Below are positions 1-6,702 of a stretch of DNA of 16,246 bases, one piece after another. The translations under genes were made by a program, and so were the position numbers. Each line of letters starts with the position of its first letter. The stretch's first letter is position 1. Where the stretch lies: NCBI GenBank assembly GCA_045047305.1, contig JASFYO010000006.1, positions 1-16,246 on the forward strand, read 5' to 3'. Source of the stretch: Planctomycetota bacterium. GTDB taxonomy: Bacteria; Planctomycetota; UBA1135. The notes under the pieces were generated by a model. The model ran no database searches. It was given only the letters and a program-made list of their open reading frames with translations, and had not been told where the DNA came from.

Positions 1-47
1 GACGACAGCGTTTCCGACGACGACAGCGTTTCCGACGACGACAGCGA
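1..47 (+). repeat. 18-bp coding tandem repeat (GACGACAGCGTTTCCGAC, about 2.5 copies visible), followed by short AAAGAC repeats
   Basis: Read directly: GACGACAGCGTTTCCGAC twice, then GACGACAGCGA. AAAGAC three times at 55-72. The array may extend left of the window. Confidence 0.85.
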
Positions 48-96
48 TGACCACAAAGACAAAGACAAAGACAAGAAGGGTCGTGGCAAGCACTAA
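1..96 (+). CDS. 3' end of a protein with an Asp/Ser-rich repeat and Lys-rich tail (partial, 5' truncated)
   Basis: Frame 1 reads DDSVSDDDSVSDDDSDDHKDKDKDKKGRGKH* with TAA at 94-96. It converges on ppa. The 18-bp repeat period keeps the frame. Confidence 0.7.
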   Translation, partial: DDSVSDDDSVSDDDSDDHKDKDKDKKGRGKH

Positions 97-117
97 CCCA
101 TTACAAGCCTCAGCGCT

Positions 118-750
118 TTAGCCTTCTTTGCGACGATCGCCTGGCGGGAAAGCCTCCAGGTAGTCTTCCATGGATGCCTCAATCACCCGCTCGGCGTGCT
201 CCCGCCCATAGGGTGCGCCGATGGAAACGCAGGACTCTTGACCTGGCATTAGTTTGTAAGTCATAAAGTAGTGATTTAGGCGCTCAACCAAGACGCTCGG
301 CAATTGGGAAAGGTCTTCGAGATCGCCCCACTGATGGTCGCAGTCCAAGATGGCAATGATTTTGTCGTCGGCCTCGCCATCGTCGAGCATGGGCAAACCG
401 CCCACCACGCGCGCATTGAGCAAGGTTTCAGCACGGTTAATCGGGCGCTCGCTAATTACGCAAATGTCGAGCGGGTCGTGGTCCCCGACTGCAGCACCAT
501 CCATTAACGCACAAACACGCTTGCCACAGTAGGTGCGCGGCACAAAGCCATAGAGGGCTGGAGGCAGAGATGAAGTGCGCTGCGGCCGATCCACCCGCAG
601 AAAGCCAGACTCCTTATCGATTTCGTATTTCACCATATCAAAAGGGGTGATTTCGATGAAAGCGTGCACCAGCGAAGGGGCGTCTTTTCCAACGCTCAAG
701 CCATGCCAGGGGTGGGGGCGGAATCGGTGAAACGAAGTATCTGGAGCCAT
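118..750 (-). CDS. ppa: Soluble inorganic pyrophosphatase (family I), about 210 aa
   Basis: Motifs [34 protein letters not shown] (canonical DGDPLD), [18 protein letters not shown]. Start placed at ATG 750 (MAPDTSF), not 936, because family similarity begins there and a -10-like hexamer precedes it. Confidence 0.95.
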   Translation of the reverse strand: MAPDTSFHRFRPHPWHGLSVGKDAPSLVHAFIEITPFDMVKYEIDKESGFLRVDRPQRTSSLPPALYGFVPRTYCGKRVCALMDGAAVGDHDPLDICVISERPINRAETLLNARVVGGLPMLDDGEADDKIIAILDCDHQWGDLEDLSQLPSVLVERLNHYFMTYKLMPGQESCVSIGAPYGREHAERVIEASMEDYLEAFPPGDRRKEG

Positions 751-756
751 GCGCAA

Positions 757-765
757 ATTCTGCCA
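757..765 (-). promoter_or_regulatory. Putative extended -10 (TGG-CAGAAT), 6 nt upstream of the ppa ATG
   Basis: Minus strand reads TGGCAGAAT-TTGCGC-ATG. First hexamer base is non-consensus. No Shine-Dalgarno. Confidence 0.4.
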
Positions 766-885
766 ATCCGGAGCAAGCACGTCAATCGCTTCTGCAATAA
801 ACACTACAGAGTCCTCGTGTGGCAAGGTATGGATTAGCCAGTCTAGAAAGCGTGTAAGATTCCGATTTCTAGTGTCCGACAAGCA

Positions 886-891
886 TAGAAT
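886..891 (+). promoter_or_regulatory. Putative -10 (TAGAAT), 6 nt upstream of ATG 898 (leaderless)
   Basis: TAGAAT-CAGGGG-ATG. Confidence 0.55.
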
Positions 892-897
892 CAGGGG

Positions 898-1989
898 ATG
901 TTGCTTATCCCGCTCCTGCTTTCCTTTTGCGCGCAAACCCCTGCAGTTGCAGAGACATTCCCAGCTGTAGGAAGCGAGGCCGGCATCACTGCCCAGAATA
1001 GGTTTCGTAGTTGGTTAGGTGCAGCAGCAAAGGCTCCACTTGCGCCATTGCATGCCGAATACCAGGTCCACTTGAACTTTAGTGTGCTTGACTCGGCCGA
1101 CAAGGTAGAGGCCGTGTTTGAAGGCACTTTGGTTTCCGATGTGGAATCGTCAAAAAAGATGCATCATCATTTGAGTGGCGTTGGTGTTCTAGGGGGAGAG
1201 ATGCAGATCCCCGTGGAGATGAACTTAGTGATGAACAATGAGGACTTCTGGTTCTATTTCTATGCCGCAGGTTTGCCAGGGATTCCAGACGATGGCCTTT
1301 ATTTATCTGGCAAGGTCAATGCCTTGCAGGAGTTATATCGCGCCGGTTTGGACTTTCAGAAGTATGCAGCCGGTTTGAAGCAGGATGCAAAAGAAGGGGA
1401 TCGTCTGGGGCTAGGACCTCAACTCACTAGCTTTTTCATGTCCTTGCCGTCGGAGGCTTCAGCCTTGGGGCAGCCAAGCACAGCATTGTTTTACCTCATG
1501 TCTCCCTTTAGCTGCCGCAGTTTTGAGTTGGCCGATGGCGATGTCATCGCGCATCTAGGCTTGGATACTCAGCCCGAGGCTTTCATGGTGGAGTGGACGG
1601 AAGGTTGGGACCTCATGTGGGCCGACATGTTCAGCATGTTTGGAGCCCAGGAGAACGGACATCGCACGTCTACCGCTTTTCAAAACTTGGGCGACTATTT
1701 AAGCCTCACATTGAATTGCGATTACACCTCTGGCACATTGCTTGGCTTAAACGCGGAATGTCATGTGAATTTGGAACAGCTTGGGCTAGGCACAGCCGAA
1801 GAAACGATGGATTTGAAGATGGTCATGAAAGGTCATGTTTCTTTTTCAGAAACGCTGCAAGCGACTTTGTTTGATGCTCCTCTGATCAATCAAACCCCGA
1901 TGGATATCAACGCGATGTTGGCCTTGGCCTTGGCTGAGGTACATAAAGATTGGCAGGAGCTGAAGGACGAGGCAGAGGCGGAGCTTTAA
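898..1989 (+). CDS. Secreted hypothetical protein, 363 aa, possible LolA/LppX-like beta fold
   Basis: Long ORF with hydrophobic signal peptide [13 protein letters not shown]. Alternating beta-strand patterns ([37 protein letters not shown]). The fold call is inference. Confidence 0.75.
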   Translation: MLLIPLLLSFCAQTPAVAETFPAVGSEAGITAQNRFRSWLGAAAKAPLAPLHAEYQVHLNFSVLDSADKVEAVFEGTLVSDVESSKKMHHHLSGVGVLGGEMQIPVEMNLVMNNEDFWFYFYAAGLPGIPDDGLYLSGKVNALQELYRAGLDFQKYAAGLKQDAKEGDRLGLGPQLTSFFMSLPSEASALGQPSTALFYLMSPFSCRSFELADGDVIAHLGLDTQPEAFMVEWTEGWDLMWADMFSMFGAQENGHRTSTAFQNLGDYLSLTLNCDYTSGTLLGLNAECHVNLEQLGLGTAEETMDLKMVMKGHVSFSETLQATLFDAPLINQTPMDINAMLALALAEVHKDWQELKDEAEAEL

Positions 1990-2024
1990 ACGGCTCCAAC
2001 CAATGCTTGGGTGCCAATAGGGGC

Positions 2025-3047
2025 TTATTCAGGGCAAAGGACCGGGAAGGGCGGCACGCTGTTCTTTGCGCTCTCACTGATGATCCAGTTTTGGTCAAAG
2101 AGGCCCTCTGCGGCAAGACGTAAGTTGCCTATGCCAGAGCGCAAACCTTCGCGTCGATGGGAGCTGCCCTCTGGTATTCCCGAAAGATCGAAAGCAAGTT
2201 GCCTTACCAACAAGGTTGCAACTGGATCGCCTTCGCGATTGCGAATTGTCCAATAGCGGTCATAGCCAGCCATCCAATGGATGTCGGGGCCTATGCCGAA
2301 GATGAAGGTAATCAAGTCCTCTGCAGGCCGCACCCGATGCAGAATGTTCAGGTCCATCGCGTAGTTGGAAAAAGGAAACGGCAGGTCCGCCTTGAACTTC
2401 ACACTCAAACAAGCTGCAGCGCAAGTGCCTTCCTCGGCGTCAACCACCCGCAAATAACTCCCCTGATTGGGGGAAACTTTCAGATATTCATTTTCGACGT
2501 AGTTGAAATAGTTGGGAAACGCATGCTCCGCCTTTTTGATTGTTGCTAAATCGGCAAGAATTAAACTAGCTGCCTGCTCCACCGCCCGACTGCCTTTATG
2601 CTTCAACCACATATGCCTCGGCAACTTCCATGTAGGGCCAAAAACCATGCCGTCGTCCTTGTGTTTAGATGGGCGCCAACGCTTGGACCATAATCCTTCG
2701 CTCTGGAGGAGTGAGTGTAAAACTTGGGAGTCCGCCGTGCTTAATTTGGTTGCGAGCACGTCTAAAACTGTCTGCACATATTCGCTCTTCCACGAGAACG
2801 CAGAGCAGATGGTGATGAGGTCCCCGAGGTAGAAGGCATCTCTATTTTCCTCAGATCCGAGCAGCGGCATTTGCGCTAAGCGTTGCAACTGTGTTTCAAA
2901 GATGGCCGATGGTAGAGCCTCACCGAGTGCGTCGACCTGCGGAAACTCCCAGCTAACCGGAAATGCCGTGCGCAAATCTTGCCACGACACAGTTTTGGGG
3001 GCGATGGTTTGCTGAGCTAGGGGGAGGAGCAGGCAGAGAGTGAGCAT
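2025..3047 (-). CDS. Secreted hypothetical protein, 340 aa, possible C-terminal START/SRPBCC-like domain
   Basis: Long ORF with signal-like N-terminus MLTLCLLLPLAQQ, filling the gap between neighbours. The fold call is inference. Confidence 0.75.
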   Translation of the reverse strand: MLTLCLLLPLAQQTIAPKTVSWQDLRTAFPVSWEFPQVDALGEALPSAIFETQLQRLAQMPLLGSEENRDAFYLGDLITICSAFSWKSEYVQTVLDVLATKLSTADSQVLHSLLQSEGLWSKRWRPSKHKDDGMVFGPTWKLPRHMWLKHKGSRAVEQAASLILADLATIKKAEHAFPNYFNYVENEYLKVSPNQGSYLRVVDAEEGTCAAACLSVKFKADLPFPFSNYAMDLNILHRVRPAEDLITFIFGIGPDIHWMAGYDRYWTIRNREGDPVATLLVRQLAFDLSGIPEGSSHRREGLRSGIGNLRLAAEGLFDQNWIISESAKNSVPPFPVLCPE

Positions 3048-3162
3048 GAGGTGGGGGCGCTGGGAGCTTCAGCACTCTAATGCTTTCGTGCGGGCGGCGG
3101 TTATGTACAGTTTTGTTGTGAGAAAATAATAGATGGCATTTTTTTCTTAAAGGAGAAGAGTT

Positions 3163-4539
3163 CTAATCCGCGGCCAGGGTGGCTTTTTTAAGTCGGGTGA
3201 ATACGATGTTTTGCTGCAGTCCTTTGTTTTCCATAGCGTAATCGAGTGCCGTTTTGCCTTCTTTACACTTTAGATTAGGGTTGGCGCCCTCATCAAGAAG
3301 TACGGAGATAATTTTGAAGTTTTTGTTTTGTTTCGCTGCCCACATCAGGGCTGACATGCCAGAGTCTCCCTGCGCATTGATGTTGGCGCCGGCATGGAGG
3401 AGTGCGCGGAGAATCGGCGGATTTGGATTGAATGCAGCAGCGTAGGTAAGGGGGGTGCCTTGGTCATCCGCGCGCGCGTTGACGTTTGCGCCGGCGGCAA
3501 CAAGGAGTTCTAGTGTGGCTAAGTAAGAGGTTTCTGCTGCGGCAAAAAACAGTGGAGTTAATCCATGGCTGGATTGCGCATAGATATCAGCACCGGCCTC
3601 GAGGAGGGAAGCAACGCAACTAGGGTTTGGGTTGCTCGCGGCAGCAAGCATAAGTGGGGTTCTCCCCAAATTGTTGGTCGCTTCTAAATCAGCTCCGGCA
3701 AGAATTAGGCTTTGCAGCACAAGCTGGTTTGGATTGAAGTGGGCAGCACCATGTAAGGGGGTCCAAGCATCGCTATCGATGGAATGCACACTCGCCCCGG
3801 CCTCGAGTAAAGAAGTTAAAATTTGTTCATTGGTATTTTTCATAGCAGCCAGCAGGATCGGTGTAGCTCCGTTTTGAGTTTTGTGGTGAATATTTGATTT
3901 CGCGCTTAGTAAGAAATCAATAATGCTAAGGTTTGGATTGCTCCATGCGGCAGTTGAGAGTGCAGTCCACCCTTGCGCATTCGTGTAATCCACCGATGAC
4001 CCAGCTTCGAGCAAAGCAAACAGCACTTTCGGGTTGGTTTGGTGGGCAGCAGCGAGTAGGAGTGGTGTACGATGGAATTCGTCTTCAGAATCCAGATTGG
4101 CTCCATGGTGGATAAGAAGGCGGACGACTTTTGGGTCAGGATTGCTGTTCGCAGCCAACATGACAGCATTTGATCCATGGTCATTCACTTTATGAATAGG
4201 CGAGCCCGCGTCTATGAGCATGGACACAATCTCAACAGAGTTCTCCATCGCAGCGAGGATCAAAGGCGTGGATCCGTCTGCAGTAGGTGGCTCTAGATCT
4301 GCTCCGGCATTCAATAGATATCGCATTACGTAAAGGTTTTTGTTTTTGTGGGCAGCAAACATAATCGGAGGCCCAACTTGGTCAATCTGAGTATTCACCC
4401 CCGTTGCAATAGGCAGCTCCTCAATGGCTTCTCTCACTTGCGCAAGGTTTCCTGATCGATAAATATCGGCACCCGTCTTTGGGAAACAATTTGGCAGGCT
4501 GAGACTGCACAGGAGGGAGAGGAATAAGCGCGAGCGCAT
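3163..4539 (-). CDS. Ankyrin-repeat protein (about 11 full repeats plus a partial one) with N-terminal signal/lipoprotein-like peptide
   Basis: Repeated G-x-TPLxxAA...LLxAGAD/N units, e.g. GRTPLMLAAASNPNPSCVASLLEAGADI. Start placed at ATG 4539 (MRSRLFLSLLCSLSLPNC). Confidence 0.93.
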   Translation of the reverse strand: MRSRLFLSLLCSLSLPNCFPKTGADIYRSGNLAQVREAIEELPIATGVNTQIDQVGPPIMFAAHKNKNLYVMRYLLNAGADLEPPTADGSTPLILAAMENSVEIVSMLIDAGSPIHKVNDHGSNAVMLAANSNPDPKVVRLLIHHGANLDSEDEFHRTPLLLAAAHQTNPKVLFALLEAGSSVDYTNAQGWTALSTAAWSNPNLSIIDFLLSAKSNIHHKTQNGATPILLAAMKNTNEQILTSLLEAGASVHSIDSDAWTPLHGAAHFNPNQLVLQSLILAGADLEATNNLGRTPLMLAAASNPNPSCVASLLEAGADIYAQSSHGLTPLFFAAAETSYLATLELLVAAGANVNARADDQGTPLTYAAAFNPNPPILRALLHAGANINAQGDSGMSALMWAAKQNKNFKIISVLLDEGANPNLKCKEGKTALDYAMENKGLQQNIVFTRLKKATLAAD

Positions 4540-4544
4540 GGGGG

Positions 4545-4550
4545 ATACTA
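4545..4550 (-). promoter_or_regulatory. Putative -10 (TAGTAT), 5 nt upstream of the ankyrin gene ATG
   Basis: Minus strand reads TAGTAT-CCCCC-ATG. Confidence 0.5.
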
Positions 4551-4615
4551 TCTCAAATCGAAAGGAGATGTCCGAACGGTCAAAGCCGGCCCGCACGCTC
4601 GTTTCTCTGCGCCGC

Positions 4616-5173
4616 TCAGCTTAATCCGAGTTCGTCTGCGTGGGGCTGTAAAGCGCAAATCAAAAATTGAACATGGTCGCGCAAATCAACACCGAGCATC
4701 TCGCATCCAGCCCGGACCTCATCACGGTCGACGCCAGCGGCAAAGCGTTTGTCCTTAAACTTTTTGAGCACGCTCTTAGGGGTCAACGTGGCGATTCCTT
4801 CGGGGCGGACTAAGCTACATGCGCCAAGGAATCCGGTTAGTTCATCGCAAGCAAGCAGGGCTTTATCTAATTGTGTTTCATAGGGCACACCCCACTTGGT
4901 GTAGTGTGCAGAAATGGCGTGCGCAATAAGATGTTCGTTGCGCTCCCGCAGCCAAGCGACAATATGCTTCGGATGCTCTTCCGGCCAACGTTCATAATCG
5001 GCATCGTGCAGAAGTCCTGCCAAACCCCAGGCGTCTTGGTCGCATGTGCCGGCGCCGTATTGCAGGGCAGCCGCTCGCATGGTTATTTCTACCCCTCGCC
5101 CATGCCTGCGAAGAGCTTCGGAGGCGGTCCAATCACAAAGTTGAGCCCAGGATTCTTCTCGTGTGAGAGTCAT
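4616..5173 (-). CDS. HD-domain metal-dependent phosphohydrolase (HDIG/COG2316-like), about 185 aa
   Basis: Motifs LRRHGRGVE, WGLAGLLHDADYE, HAISAH, ACDELTGF, KKFKDKRFAAGVDR. Start placed at ATG 5173 (MTLTREESW); the longer track ORF runs antisense through djlA. Confidence 0.9.
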   Translation of the reverse strand: MTLTREESWAQLCDWTASEALRRHGRGVEITMRAAALQYGAGTCDQDAWGLAGLLHDADYERWPEEHPKHIVAWLRERNEHLIAHAISAHYTKWGVPYETQLDKALLACDELTGFLGACSLVRPEGIATLTPKSVLKKFKDKRFAAGVDRDEVRAGCEMLGVDLRDHVQFLICALQPHADELGLS

Positions 5174-5179
5174 ACGAGG

Positions 5180-5185
5180 ATTGTA
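5180..5185 (-). promoter_or_regulatory. Putative -10 (TACAAT), 6 nt upstream of the HD gene ATG
   Basis: Minus strand reads TACAAT-CCTCGT-ATG. Confidence 0.6.
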
Positions 5186-5230
5186 GGTCGCACCAGCAGA
5201 ATGACTTCCACATTTCCTGTCGAAGCTCGC

Positions 5231-5236
5231 TAAAAT
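5231..5236 (+). promoter_or_regulatory. Putative -10 (TAAAAT), 7 nt upstream of the djlA ATG
   Basis: TAAAAT-CCCGCCC-ATG. Confidence 0.6.
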
Positions 5237-5243
5237 CCCGCCC

Positions 5244-6029
5244 ATGGGAATCTTTGGAACCATCGTTGGAGGCACACTCGGCTTTCTTTTTGGAGGAGGG
5301 CCGCTTGGAGCGATCATGGGGGCTGCGATTGGCTCGAATTTTGGAGGCGGTAGGGAAGGTGCCACAAATCGGACTCGTGGCGGCGGCCGCATGGCTGCGC
5401 ATTCAGCACGTGATATGCAGATGATGTTTGCGATTGCGTTGACGACCCTTGCGGCCAAGGTTGCCAAGGCTGATGGGAAAGTAACCCCCATCGAGATCCA
5501 GACCTTCGACAACTTTTTGCAGCAGTCTTTGCGCTTGTCTACCGCGGATCGCCAGATTGCGGCGAAGGTCTTCAATGAAGCTAAAAATAGCGACACTCCG
5601 GTTTCTGAATTCACACATCAAATCCGCAGCCTGTTTCGCGCTCAACCGGAACGCTTACGCGATATCGTGAGTATTCTGCTTGCGGTCGCGCTTGCTGATG
5701 GCCACCTACACCCAGCCGAAGAGATTCTTATTCAACGCATCGCGCGTGACTTCCGCATGACGGATGCGGAGTATCAATCTTGCAAGGCGACTTTCAACGC
5801 ACAACATGGCGGCCGAGTGACAATCGAGTCGGCTTACGAAGTGCTTGGCGTTTCCTCCAGCGCGACAGACGCTGAAGTCAAAAGCGCTCACCGTAAGTTA
5901 GTGCGTGAGTACCATCCAGACACCCTGCAATCGAAAGGATTGCCGGAAGAGTTTATGGAATACGCCAACGATAAGATGGCGGCGATTAACGATGCATGGT
6001 CGCGCGTCAAGAAAGAGCGCGCCATCTAA
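5244..6029 (+). CDS. djlA: DnaJ-like co-chaperone DjlA (Gly-rich membrane anchor, TerB-like domain, C-terminal J domain)
   Basis: N-terminal GTIVGGTLGFLFGGGPLGAIMGAAIG. TerB-like AKADGKVT and ALADGHLHPAE motifs. J domain AYEVLGV...LVREYHPD...SKGLPEEF...INDAW. Confidence 0.92.
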   Translation: MGIFGTIVGGTLGFLFGGGPLGAIMGAAIGSNFGGGREGATNRTRGGGRMAAHSARDMQMMFAIALTTLAAKVAKADGKVTPIEIQTFDNFLQQSLRLSTADRQIAAKVFNEAKNSDTPVSEFTHQIRSLFRAQPERLRDIVSILLAVALADGHLHPAEEILIQRIARDFRMTDAEYQSCKATFNAQHGGRVTIESAYEVLGVSSSATDAEVKSAHRKLVREYHPDTLQSKGLPEEFMEYANDKMAAINDAWSRVKKERAI

Positions 6030-6034
6030 GCGCT

Positions 6035-6430
6035 TTACTCGTCGGTCGCTTCGTCGGAGCTGGTATTCCGCACTTCTTTCGCTGCAGGTGCGACTTGCTC
6101 TTGCTCGGCGCGACGTCCACCGTGATCACGATAGTTCGACTTGGGTGCGACAATCGTAACAAGCTGTGGGGTTGAGGCCACAACGGCAAGCAGCATGAGT
6201 GCAAGCACAATGGTGTCGACTAAGAAGCGACGGTCCCAACGCTTGCGCTCTTTGTAGAGCTGGTTGATCTCATCACGCGAGCGGAAATCGCTTTTCCAGG
6301 CAAAGTGCTCATTCTCTGCTTGTGCAAGAGCTTCCTTCCGCTGAGATTCCAGGACCTCTTCTAGTAAAGCCGAACGGTAGCGTTCAATCAGTTTAAGCTT
6401 ACGGTCTGTGATTTCCTTGTAAGAAGCCAT
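6035..6430 (-). CDS. Small hypothetical single-pass membrane protein, about 131 aa
   Basis: ATG at 6430 overlaps the upstream stop (TAATG). Charged helical N-terminus, then hydrophobic FLVDTIVLALMLLAVVAST, then a polar tail. Confidence 0.7.
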   Translation of the reverse strand: MASYKEITDRKLKLIERYRSALLEEVLESQRKEALAQAENEHFAWKSDFRSRDEINQLYKERKRWDRRFLVDTIVLALMLLAVVASTPQLVTIVAPKSNYRDHGGRRAEQEQVAPAAKEVRNTSSDEATDE

Positions 6431-6702
6431 TAGATGATTGTTACTAGGAGACGCATCATGTAAACCGCGATGAGGCAAGAAAGCATACCCATTGTGCCGC
6501 CAATACCGATGAATAAGAGTAGGCGGGCAACGCGACCGGGCATCTTGTCGAATAAAGTGCTCGGCGCCGCAGAAATATCTTTACGCGAGACGGCTTCCTG
6601 GTGAAGGATTTCGAATGCTTTAGCACGTACGTCTTGGTGAACGATCTCACGGACGGATTCAGGGATTTCGGCAAACTCGGGGCGGTCAGAAACTTTTACC
6701 AC
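6430..6702 (-). CDS. Small hypothetical membrane protein with C-terminal hydrophobic segment, 90 aa
   Basis: GTG start overlaps the end of the upstream co-polymerase gene, and its stop overlaps the next ATG. C-terminal LLLFIGIGGTMGMLSCLIAVYMM. Confidence 0.65.
   Translation of the reverse strand: MVKVSDRPEFAEIPESVREIVHQDVRAKAFEILHQEAVSRKDISAAPSTLFDKMPGRVARLLLFIGIGGTMGMLSCLIAVYMMRLLVTII

Noticed and set aside
1..72. Repeats as a possible CRISPR array
   Set aside because: Head-to-tail 18-bp and 6-bp in-frame units without spacers, and no cas genes in the window.
751..936. 62-aa N-terminal extension of ppa in the ORF track
   Set aside because: No pyrophosphatase similarity, overlaps the divergent 898 gene, and ATG 750 has its own -10-like element.
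1990..2024. Possible terminator between the convergent hypothetical genes
   Set aside because: Only a 4-bp stem (CCAA/TTGG) and no U-tract.
3148..3162. Shine-Dalgarno-like TAAAGGAG on the + strand
   Set aside because: No start codon follows at usable spacing, and it points antisense into the ankyrin gene.
4540..4596. Upstream start for the ankyrin gene
   Set aside because: ATG 4539 gives a clean signal peptide and has a -10-like hexamer 5 nt upstream.
5174..5614. 147-aa N-terminal extension of the HD protein (apparent fusion)
   Set aside because: Mostly the antisense reading of djlA. The HD family sequence starts at MTLTREE (5173).
6027..6037. AGCGCTTTA at two convergent gene junctions (about 112-120 and 6029-6037)
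   Set aside because: Only 9 bp, three of which are the minus-strand stop codon. Too short for a terminator and plausibly chance.
6431..6478. Longer start (147 aa) for the 6035 ORF
   Set aside because: Overlaps the 90-aa gene by 49 nt. The TAATG-coupled ATG at 6430 is more plausible.
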